DNA from: an uncultured Gemmatimonadota bacterium
GTDB taxonomy: Bacteria > SM23-81 > DAOVCL01
Length of the DNA: 64,000 nt
Assembly (NCBI GenBank): GCA_964626665.1
Contig: CAZVGK010000007.1
Location: forward strand, 39,533 to 103,532
Direction of reading: 5' to 3'
This document shows positions 9,117 through 17,128 of the stretch, one piece after another (the first letter of the stretch is position 1; each line of letters begins with the position of its first letter). The position numbers were made by a program, and so were the translations under genes. The notes under the pieces were generated by a model. That model had not been told where the DNA came from. It saw nothing but the letters and a program-made list of their open reading frames with translations, and did no database searches.

Positions 9117-11120
9117 ATGATAAAGAAGATAATCCTATTTTCCCTGCTTTTTTTCTCCTTAACCTGTGGTAAGGCCTGGTCATTCCTGGGATTTCAGGCC
9201 AGAAGCTTAGGGATGGCCGGGGCTTACTCGGCCATAGCCAGAGGGGAGGAGTCGGTCTACTTTAACCCTGCCAACCTGGGTCTCTCAGATGGCCCCAGCT
9301 TCTCCCTTTCCTTTCCCTCCTTTGGCCTTGGCCTGGGAAACAACAGCTTTACCCTCTCCGATTACAACCGCTACAACGGCAGCTACCTCTCGGATGGGAA
9401 CAAGAGGACCATCTTACGCAAGATACCCTCAGCGGGCCTCTCTCTGGATAGCGGAACCGAAATCGGGCTTCTTGGCCTCTCCTACAAAAACTATGCATTC
9501 TTCATTCAAGGCTCAGGGGCAACCTATATCACCCTACCTCGTGACCCCTTTGAACTTATCCTCTACGGGAACGAACTGAACAGGTCATACGAGATCGGCG
9601 ATGTCGATGGGGAGGCCTTGGCCCAAGCAACCGCAGGTTTCTCTGCGGCTAAACGAATTAACCTTAAGGGGTTTAACGAATTCAGCGTAGGGGCGAGTCT
9701 GAAGTATCTCAGGGGACTATACTATGCAGAGGTGACCAGGTCAGGGGGGAGCATATTGACCACGGAGAGCTCGATTGAGGGGGAGGGGGAGATAGTCTAT
9801 CGTCACGCTCAGGGCGGACAGGGGTTTGGTCTGGATTTTGGCGCTGCCGGCTCCTTCGGCAGGGGCTGGACAGTAGGACTAACCCTCTTCAACCCCTGGG
9901 GGTCCATCAAATGGAGCAGAGAAACCGAGGAGGGTTTTTTCACCTTTAAGGCTGAATCCTTAACCGTCAGCTCAACCAATAAGGATACCCTGGTGACTTC
10001 AGATGATTCCAGCTATGAGATCGGTTCCTTCAGATTACATCTCCCCTCTTACCTGAAAATGGGGGTTTCTCGCCGTTTTCGCAAGTTCCTCCTTGGCTTT
10101 GACTACGAGCAGGGGTTTAGAAACACAGCGGGAGTAAGCACCACACCAAGGCTGGCGGCTGGGGTCGAATATAACCTCTTGAAGTGGCTGCCCCTAAGGG
10201 GAGGTCTGGCCATAGGGGGGAGGGAGGGATTCAACAGCGCGCTTGGTCTGGGCCTCCATTTAGGAAGCTTCCAGTTGGATGTCTCCACATCCAGCAGAGG
10301 ACTGGTCTTTACCCCCTGGAGTAAAGGGATTGGCTTAGCTGCCTCCTTTGGCCTCAGATTTGGCAAAACTCCCCAGGCCATCACTGATCAGGACAAGGAT
10401 GGCATCCCAGATAACCTTGACCTCTGTCCACTCCAGCCTGAAGATCTCGATGATTTTGAGGATACCGACGGATGTCCAGACCCAGATAACGATAAAGATG
10501 GCATCCCTGACATCTCCGACAAATGCCCCAACGAGCCTGAGGACATCGATGGCTACCAGGATACCAACGGTTGCCCCGACCCGGATAACGACCGGGATGG
10601 GGTCTTAGATGTGCAGGACAATTGTTCCAATGAAGCAGGCCCAGCCTCCCATCAGGGCTGCCCTATACCTGCGGATTCTGATAGTGACGGAGTGCTGGAC
10701 CCTGATGACCACTGCCCCCACACCCCAATGGGGGTGAAGGTAGACAGGTATGGATGCCCCACTGCAGGCAAGATCGTGGGGAAGATGGTGCTGGAAGGAG
10801 TGAATTTTGCCTCTGGGAAGGCTAAATTTGCCCCTGGCTCAGAGACCAAGTTGGATGAACTATATGAGTCTCTGAGAGCCTATCCTGAGATAAGGATAGA
10901 GATCCAGGGATATACGGACAGTCGGGGGAGAGCCGAGGCCAACAAGACCCTTTCCCAGAAGAGGGCAGAGGCAGTGATGAACTATCTGATTAACAAAGGG
11001 ATAGCCTCTTACAGGCTCAAGGCTGTAGGTTATGGGGAGGCCAACCCCATTGCCAGCAACAAGACCAAAGCTGGCCGTGCCACAAACAGGAGAGTAGAGA
11101 TCCAGGTATTCCAACAATAG
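9117..11120 (+). CDS. Outer membrane beta-barrel (FadL/DUF5723-like) fused to TSP3 repeats and OmpA domain
   Basis: ARSLGMAGAYSA..NPANL barrel N-terminal motif; TSP3 repeats; OmpA motifs IQGYTDS and NRRVE. Confidence 0.85.
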   Translation: MIKKIILFSLLFFSLTCGKAWSFLGFQARSLGMAGAYSAIARGEESVYFNPANLGLSDGPSFSLSFPSFGLGLGNNSFTLSDYNRYNGSYLSDGNKRTILRKIPSAGLSLDSGTEIGLLGLSYKNYAFFIQGSGATYITLPRDPFELILYGNELNRSYEIGDVDGEALAQATAGFSAAKRINLKGFNEFSVGASLKYLRGLYYAEVTRSGGSILTTESSIEGEGEIVYRHAQGGQGFGLDFGAAGSFGRGWTVGLTLFNPWGSIKWSRETEEGFFTFKAESLTVSSTNKDTLVTSDDSSYEIGSFRLHLPSYLKMGVSRRFRKFLLGFDYEQGFRNTAGVSTTPRLAAGVEYNLLKWLPLRGGLAIGGREGFNSALGLGLHLGSFQLDVSTSSRGLVFTPWSKGIGLAASFGLRFGKTPQAITDQDKDGIPDNLDLCPLQPEDLDDFEDTDGCPDPDNDKDGIPDISDKCPNEPEDIDGYQDTNGCPDPDNDRDGVLDVQDNCSNEAGPASHQGCPIPADSDSDGVLDPDDHCPHTPMGVKVDRYGCPTAGKIVGKMVLEGVNFASGKAKFAPGSETKLDELYESLRAYPEIRIEIQGYTDSRGRAEANKTLSQKRAEAVMNYLINKGIASYRLKAVGYGEANPIASNKTKAGRATNRRVEIQVFQQ

Positions 11121-11249
11121 AAGATCTAGCGCAGCTTCGCCTCAAACCGACGAGGCGGGAAGCCTGCCCCGTGGGTAGTTTCACACCCTACGGGGCAAGT
11201 AAGGAAATCCTAAATCCGAATATCGAAATCCGAGACAAATCCCAATTCA

Positions 11250-11283
11250 CCCCGTTAGATAGACAATTCTTTATCTAACGGGG
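11250..11283. mobile_element. CCCCGTTAGATA...TATCTAACGGGG miniature inverted-repeat element
   Basis: 12-bp terminal inverted repeat; related copies at 11378, 12044, 49877. Confidence 0.7.
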
Positions 11284-11377
11284 TGAACCAAATTCCAAAT
11301 TCTCTAAACTAAGAACCCTTTGCCAAAAGCAGGTTTGCCTCAGGCTGCTTTCCACATTTGAATTTCGATGTTGCTCG

Positions 11378-11476
11378 CCCCGTTAAGTAGCTGGTTTTTC
11401 ATTAGAACTCCTTGTGGTGAAAATTAGCAAAACCAGGGGAATCACTTACTGACGCATAAATAGATACTTAACGGGG
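11378..11476. mobile_element. CCCCGTTAAGTA...TACTTAACGGGG miniature element
   Basis: 12-bp terminal inverted repeat, variant of the CCCCGTTA family. Confidence 0.7.
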
Positions 11477-11719
11477 TAAAAATTTCGTGCTTCGAATTTA
11501 AAGGCAGCAGGGTTTATTGTTCAGCCCAAAACCTGACACAAATTTTAAGATCTTGCCTTATGAAGCCAGCTAGACATAGCGCAACAAGGCCGCAACCAAA
11601 CAACAGCCACGGATTACACGGATAGAACATTCACCCTGCACTTATATTAAGTGCAGGGCAGGTGACACGAATGGATGAATCTACACTAATAGATAGTTGT
11701 ATAAATGCACCCCCTACAT

Positions 11720-11838
11720 TTCTACCCGGCTTTAGCCCATTTGGAATGCTGTGACCGTGTCACAGCATGCGTCAACAGGGTTGACGCACTCTATATAAGG
11801 GCCTAAAGGCCCTGAACCCGCACTAAAGTGCGGTAGAA
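11720..11838. mobile_element. TTCTAC...GTAGAA miniature element with CCGCACTAAAGTGCGG hairpin
   Basis: Terminal inverted repeats and CTAAAG/CTTTAG hairpins shared with copies at 14936, 20687, 25637, 58414. Confidence 0.7.
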
Positions 11839-12043
11839 GTCTTCTACTCATCACAACCTGATAAACCTTGTCAAAAAAACAAGATCTTGCAAGATTGCAG
11901 TACAGCGGAGTAAGCAATCGGCTACGCGACTTATCAGGTGGTCATTCAGGACTTAAATTAGGTAGACCCTCCCCTTGGTATAATTAGGACGCAGATTTTC
12001 GCCGATAACCGCAGAAAATTAAAATCTTGACAATCTGCGTTCA

Positions 12044-12110
12044 CCCCGTTAGATAAGATGTTAAAACTCATTAAATTTGATAAAAGACCTAATCTAATTA
12101 TCTAACGGGG
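12044..12110. mobile_element. CCCCGTTAGATA miniature element inserted in an ATCTGCGT repeat
   Basis: Terminal inverted repeat flanked by TTCA and TTTA (imperfect 4-bp duplication). Confidence 0.7.
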
Positions 12111-12137
12111 TTTATCTGCGTCCAAAAAAGGAATTTC

Positions 12138-12422
12138 CTATGCTTTCCAGTTACGCGCCCCATGCACGACTCCAGTAATCCAGACTTCATTGCCTTCAAG
12201 CCGATACATAATACGATAGGGTCTGTAAATGATTTCTCGGCAGGATTGATTGCCAATTTCAGGTATTACACGTCCAGAGAAGGGAAATTCCTGCAAACGA
12301 TCCGTAACTTCCAATAACCGAGCTACAAAAAGAGTCGCTTGGTCAACAGAATCTCTCGCGATATATTCCGCGATAGAATTGACATCATCTAATGCAGATG
12401 GTGCCCAAATTACTTTGCCCAT
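12138..12422 (-). CDS. RelE/ParE family toxin
   Basis: VIWAPSALDDVNSIAEYI, FPFSGRVIPE, YRIMYR, VVHGAR. Confidence 0.9.
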   Translation of the reverse strand: MGKVIWAPSALDDVNSIAEYIARDSVDQATLFVARLLEVTDRLQEFPFSGRVIPEIGNQSCREIIYRPYRIMYRLEGNEVWITGVVHGARNWKA

Positions 12423-12592
12423 TTTTGCAGCTTCTGCTTTGCCTCTTCGTGTGAAATGCCCTTCCCCTCTTGAACTTCACGTTCACCATGTTCAAACTTG
12501 ATCTTGATGTACAGCGCATGGATAATGTCATCCATGGTTGCCTCATCTGGCAGAGTATCAATTACCTGTTTGGCTATGTCTTTAATGGCCAT
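12410..12592 (-). CDS. Antitoxin paired with the RelE/ParE toxin
   Basis: 60 aa, LPDEATMDDI, ISHEEAK..LQKW; overlaps toxin start; RBS GGAGG. Confidence 0.85.
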   Translation of the reverse strand: MAIKDIAKQVIDTLPDEATMDDIIHALYIKIKFEHGEREVQEGKGISHEEAKQKLQKWAK

Positions 12593-12689
12593 TTTATCCC
12601 TCCTTGTGGTGAAACCCCAGATATAATACCTAAGTTCCGCATTGCCAGACCCTTTTTAACCATCTAACAACCACGCTATAGGGTGCAGT

Positions 12690-12836
12690 GGAGTAAAGTA
12701 AATTCCACAAGATCAGTATCAGTGCTTGGAAAATATTTGACCCTCATTTTCTAATCCTCCTTAAAAGACCTATCGAAAAAGGCATTATGTACTGCTTCTC
12801 CATCCTCTAACAAGACAACTCTCAGATACTTATCCT
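12690..12836 (-). pseudogene. Remnant TA pair: toxin C-terminus plus DUF2283-like N-terminus
   Basis: Minus strand reads KYLRVVLLEDGEAVHNAFFDRSFKED*, then RBS AAGGAGG and MRVKYFPSTDTDLVEF; both truncated. Confidence 0.6.
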
Positions 12837-12929
12837 CCTCTGATATTTTTGCCAACTTCTTAATCCTTCCATCCGATTGGACTTCAGTTTTCGCAGGGTT
12901 GCGGAATAGCGATCAGGTGCAGCGATTTC

Positions 12930-13194
12930 TTAGGCCAATTCCCGTAGTAATCTGTCATATTCAGGATGAGTACCAATCCAAAACCAGATTAAACCCTCAT
13001 CTATTTCCACTGCCAGAGTTCGGTGCTTTCTGCCTACTCTGGCCGACCAGTACTTACCAGCTTTCTTGAGATGTAAAGTAAGGATGTTTAGGGTTAGTTT
13101 TAAGAAGCTTGAAATTCTTATCTGCCAAGTCCTGAACAGATGATGGTAGTTGTTCATAGCAGGTCCAAAATGACGGATTAGCAAAGTGTTTCAT
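12930..13194 (-). pseudogene. ParE/RelE-like toxin with +1 frameshift
   Basis: MKHFANPSFW..KNFKLLKTNPKHP, then one extra base near 13079 shifts into LHLKKAGKYWSARVG..WFWIGTHPEYD. Confidence 0.8.
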
Positions 13195-13391
13195 AACTCT
13201 TTGCACTTACCAGCCCGAAAGTCCGTTATGGCTTTATTGGCCAATTTCTCAAGCTTTCCTGATTGGACATCTTCCTCAAACTGGTTATCCCATATTTTTG
13301 CCTCAAACTCCTCAAACCATTCCCTCAAAGCCGCTAAGTCATCTTTTGGTAGCTGAGTAATTGCTTTTTCAATTTCCTGTACTGTATTCAT
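13191..13391 (-). CDS. Antitoxin-like small protein upstream of the frameshifted toxin
   Basis: RBS AGGAGGTG, MNTVQEIEKAITQL..WDNQFEED; ATGA overlap with toxin. Confidence 0.8.
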   Translation of the reverse strand: MNTVQEIEKAITQLPKDDLAALREWFEEFEAKIWDNQFEEDVQSGKLEKLANKAITDFRAGKCKEL

Positions 13392-13545
13392 CTGTATATC
13401 ACCTCCTATGGGGCCTAACTTAACTTTTAAGCCGTATAAATCGCCAAAAAATACTTGATATAGCGTATATCTGTAAAAATTGTAGCCTAATCCCAAATTT
13501 TCTTTTATCTCTTCCAAGAAATTCTTATGTTATTACTAAATCATC

Positions 13546-13693
13546 GAGAATGCCCCGCAGCTTGCTGCGGGGATGAATCGTGAGGTGGAGGGGTAAGCAG
13601 CGTCTTTAGGCGCTGCAAAGCAAATTCGAGTGACAAAGGTGCGAGAATTTGCATCACAGATACCCCGCAGCTCTGCTGCGGGGAGATTCATTC
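13546..13693. mobile_element. Non-autonomous IS200/IS605-like relic (paired end hairpins)
   Basis: CCCCGCAGCTTGCTGCGGGG at 13553 and CCCCGCAGCTCTGCTGCGGGG at 13663 with no tnpA between them. Confidence 0.6.
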
Positions 13694-13828
13694 CCTGCAT
13701 GTTTCTGCATTTTTTCAATATACTAATTTCCCTTGGATGTGACAAGGATAAAATATGGGTAACCTGACTTAGAACTCCCAAAGACTATGCCATAGGGTGA
13801 CGACAATAATACCCGTCAATGGCTCCTA

Positions 13829-14014
13829 CACCCGGATTATTCATAAATTTTAGCCACGAAGACACCAAGCATGTCCTGAGCGAAGTTGAAGGATCACTAA
13901 AAATATAAAACATAAGAGAGTCGACCTGTTTAGTTTGTGCACTTTTCTTGTAACCTATATTTTATCAACACTTTAGGGCTTAGTGTCTTTGTGGCATATG
14001 AATCATTCAGGCTA
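13829..14014. repeat. Nested miniature element CCCGGATTATTCATA...TATGAATCATTCAGG
   Basis: Imperfect terminal inverted repeat enclosing a GCCACGAAGACAC...GTGTCTTTGTGGC pair and a TGTCCTGAGCGAAG unit. Confidence 0.5.
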
Positions 14015-14080
14015 ATAGAAAATGCAGCCGAACGATCAGTTTTCTGAAGCCTTGAAGACGAAGGTTCTATCTGGGATGGA

Positions 14081-14761
14081 TTAAGATTTCTTTATTTTAG
14101 CCATATAATCCTCCACCTTCCTCCTTAGTGCATCCTCCGGGGAGAGCCCCAAAATCCGTGCCAGGCTCACCAAGGAGAAGAGCAAAGCACCCAAACTCCC
14201 CTCCTCCGCATCGACATCTCCCCTCCGAACAACCTCCCTTAATTCGGACAACTTTCCCTCAACTTCCTTATATAACCCTTCAGTTTTGCCTTGGTCGGCC
14301 TTTACCCTGGAAAGCTTCTCCTGCACCCTGAAGGCTTTAAGAAGGGCAGGGAGGCTCTTGGGGACGCCGTCCAGAATTGTCCCTTCCCTTTCCTCTCCCT
14401 TTATCTTCTCCCAATTTTTCAAAACCTCCTGAGAGTTTCTCACCTTTACCTGACCGAAGACATGGGGATGTCTTCTGATCAGCTTCTTCACTATCCCATC
14501 AATTACCTCATAGATATCGAACTTCCCTTCCTCCCTGGCCATCTGGGAGTGAAAGACGATCTGCAGCAGGAGATCCCCCAACTCCTCCTTAAACTTCTCA
14601 TCATCCCCGGAATCAATGGTCTCTAAGACCTCATAGGTCTCCTCCAAAAGGTATGGTCTGATGCTTTGATGGGTTTGCTCTCTGTCCCAGGGGCATCCCC
14701 CAGGGCCCCTGAGTGTGGCCATTAATTCCACTAATTGGGTAAATTTACCCTCTTCCTCCAA
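14081..14761 (-). CDS. mazG: Nucleoside triphosphate pyrophosphohydrolase MazG
   Basis: LRGPGGCPWDREQT, EETYEV, EELGDLLLQ, KLIRRHPHVF; TTG start after GGAGG. Confidence 0.93.
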   Translation of the reverse strand: MEEEGKFTQLVELMATLRGPGGCPWDREQTHQSIRPYLLEETYEVLETIDSGDDEKFKEELGDLLLQIVFHSQMAREEGKFDIYEVIDGIVKKLIRRHPHVFGQVKVRNSQEVLKNWEKIKGEEREGTILDGVPKSLPALLKAFRVQEKLSRVKADQGKTEGLYKEVEGKLSELREVVRRGDVDAEEGSLGALLFSLVSLARILGLSPEDALRRKVEDYMAKIKKS

Positions 14762-14935
14762 GTTCCCTCCTCTATAACAGTTCACCACGGAATCTCACGG
14801 AGAAAGCAATTAAAATTGAGAATTAAACCTTCCTGCCATCAGGAGAGGACTTCTGATGAGGGGATGAAAATAGGAATTGGAAAATGGAAATTCCCTGAAC
14901 TGGTAGGTCCCTCATCTAGCGGCTCTGAGGAATCC

Positions 14936-15016
14936 TTCTACCGCACTTTAGTGCAGGGTCCGTTTCCGTCAGGGCAGGAGCCCAGACGGCACACCCTCAG
15001 CTAAAGCCGGGTAGAA
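14936..15016. mobile_element. TTCTAC...GTAGAA miniature element
   Basis: TTCTACCGCACTTTAGTGC...CAGCTAAAGCCGGGTAGAA. Confidence 0.7.
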
Positions 15017-15225
15017 AGGGTTCTGCCACCTCAATCCATTTTCGGTGCCTGATGTTATGAATAATATGTGTTGTTTATCCTGTCTAAAAACGTAATTTCC
15101 TATAAGGTAGGGCAGTTGACGAATTGCTCCTACAACCTATGCAGGCCAATATATCTATTTGAGGCTTCAGAGGCAAGGGCAAAAAGGGCTTGATTTAGAG
15201 GATGTAATTTAATATATAAAGGGAG

Positions 15226-17121
15226 ATGAGTAAGGATTATCGCTCCTGGGCCCAGATTGACCTCAAAGCTCTGGCCGAGAACATAGCGCAGATCAGATCC
15301 TTAGTGGGGCCAAATGTGAGGTTGCTTCAAGTAGTCAAGGCCGACGGCTATGGTCATGGGGCCTTGCAGGTGGCCAAGGTGGCCCTCTCCAATGGTGCCT
15401 ATGGGTTAGGGGTGGCAAACGCCGAGGAGGGGATAACCTTAAGGCTGGGGGGTATAGAGGCTCCCATACTCATCCTCAGCCCTTCCCTACCTGCTGAGGT
15501 CACTGAGATAGTAGAATATGGTCTCTCCCCTACCCTCTCCGACGACACCATTCTTTTTCTCCTCTCCCAAGAGGCCCTGAAGGCGGGTAGGGAGGTTATC
15601 GTCCATATTGAGGTGGATACCGGCATGGGCAGATCGGGCATCAGGCCTGAGGAGACAGGGGGATTGGCCAGGGAAATCCTCTCCCAGAATGGTCTAAAGC
15701 TGGGAGGCATCTTCTCCCATTTTGCCTCTGCTGACTTAGTGGATAGGGACTTCTGCTGGCTTCAGTTAGAAAGGTTTAGGGCGGTAATCGCCGAACTAAA
15801 GAGGGAGGGGATAAATTTTCCCTTAAAACATATAGCTAATAGTGCGGCCACCCTGGAGTTCCCCGATGCTTACTTCGATCTGGTCAGGCCTGGGCTTCTC
15901 AGTTATGGCCTCTACCCATCTGAGAGGGTTAAAAAGAGAATAAAAGTTAAACCAGTCCTCAGCTTCAAGACCAAAGTAGCCCAGATAAAGGAGATCATTC
16001 CCGGTGAGTCGGTTAGCTATGGAAGAACCTGGAAGGCCCAAGCCCCCACTATGGTCGCCGTTATCCCCGTAGGATATGGGGATGGATACGATTTCCTCCT
16101 CTCCAATAATGGGGAGGTTCTGGTCAAAGGGAAAAGAGCTCCCATAGTGGGAAGGGTGACCATGGATCTGACTATGGTGGATATAACTGGTATCCCTGGG
16201 GTTAAGATCGGGGACGAGGTGACCATCATCGGGAGGGATGGAGGAGAGGAGATAACTGCGGGGGAGGTGGCCGAGAGGGTGGGCACCCCGAGCTATGAGG
16301 TCCTCTGTCTTATTGGTAAGAGAGCGCCGCGGGTCTATACCCAGGGGGAGAGGGTTGGGGGGGTAAGGCGGGCTTTAAGGAGGAAGGATGTCTTAGACCA
16401 GCTTATCCCCCCTGGGGAGATGGAGGAGATGATCAAGGATTTCCTCCAACTGAGGTTGAATGAGGAGGTGGGGGAAGCCTTATACCATAGCCTCCTCAAG
16501 GCCATCTTTGGCCAGAAGGGGAGAGAGCTCCAGTATCGTCGGGACCTCAGGCATATAATCCGGTTTGCCGAGGAGGGGGAGGGATACAAGGTCAAAGCGA
16601 AGATCGAATATTATAAGATCCTCCGCTCTGACTCCTTCTATGTGGCCTGCGCCAGGGATGAGGCCAGTCTGTCCCGCTACTTTCAGGATCCCCGCTGTGA
16701 GTACAGATGGCTTTTGGAGAGCGGCAAGATAGGGGCCGCTGATTTCCAGGTCAAGGAGGTCAGGGTCGATGGCCGGAAGCTTGCCCCGCGCGAGGCCAAG
16801 CTAACGGAGAGGGGCTACGAGATCTACTTCCAGGAACCCAACCTCGGCCCTAAGCTCAACCAACCGGTAAAGATGGAGATTGAGACCCAAACCTGGCAGG
16901 CCAAGGAGAACAGGGAACTTCCCATATATATCGTCTATCCCACCAAGGGAATGAAGGTAACCTTTGACTATACGGAAACCGGCATTGCCGCCGTTAAAGC
17001 CATCAGCTTTTTGGCCGGCAAGGACAGATACCCGCAGAGAAGTACTTCTCAGGGGAAGTCAATTACCCTTTCCTTGGAGGGTTGGGTCTTCCCCAACAGC
17101 GGAATAACCTTTGTCTGGTAA
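15226..17121 (+). CDS. alr: Alanine racemase with long C-terminal extension
   Basis: VVKADGYGHG (PLP Lys), VDTGMGRSG, HIANSA, VSYGR, GYGDG, GRVTMD; about 250 extra C-terminal residues. Confidence 0.92.
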   Translation: MSKDYRSWAQIDLKALAENIAQIRSLVGPNVRLLQVVKADGYGHGALQVAKVALSNGAYGLGVANAEEGITLRLGGIEAPILILSPSLPAEVTEIVEYGLSPTLSDDTILFLLSQEALKAGREVIVHIEVDTGMGRSGIRPEETGGLAREILSQNGLKLGGIFSHFASADLVDRDFCWLQLERFRAVIAELKREGINFPLKHIANSAATLEFPDAYFDLVRPGLLSYGLYPSERVKKRIKVKPVLSFKTKVAQIKEIIPGESVSYGRTWKAQAPTMVAVIPVGYGDGYDFLLSNNGEVLVKGKRAPIVGRVTMDLTMVDITGIPGVKIGDEVTIIGRDGGEEITAGEVAERVGTPSYEVLCLIGKRAPRVYTQGERVGGVRRALRRKDVLDQLIPPGEMEEMIKDFLQLRLNEEVGEALYHSLLKAIFGQKGRELQYRRDLRHIIRFAEEGEGYKVKAKIEYYKILRSDSFYVACARDEASLSRYFQDPRCEYRWLLESGKIGAADFQVKEVRVDGRKLAPREAKLTERGYEIYFQEPNLGPKLNQPVKMEIETQTWQAKENRELPIYIVYPTKGMKVTFDYTETGIAAVKAISFLAGKDRYPQRSTSQGKSITLSLEGWVFPNSGITFVW

Positions 17122-17128
17122 GGGAAAG

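Noticed and set aside
4045-11105. Diversity-generating retroelement template/variable repeat pair
   Set aside because: No reverse transcriptase, both copies are coding, and differences are not confined to adenines
12930-13184. ORF-track 84-aa protein as an intact toxin
   Set aside because: Its N-terminus is off-frame; the real start is 13194 with a frameshift
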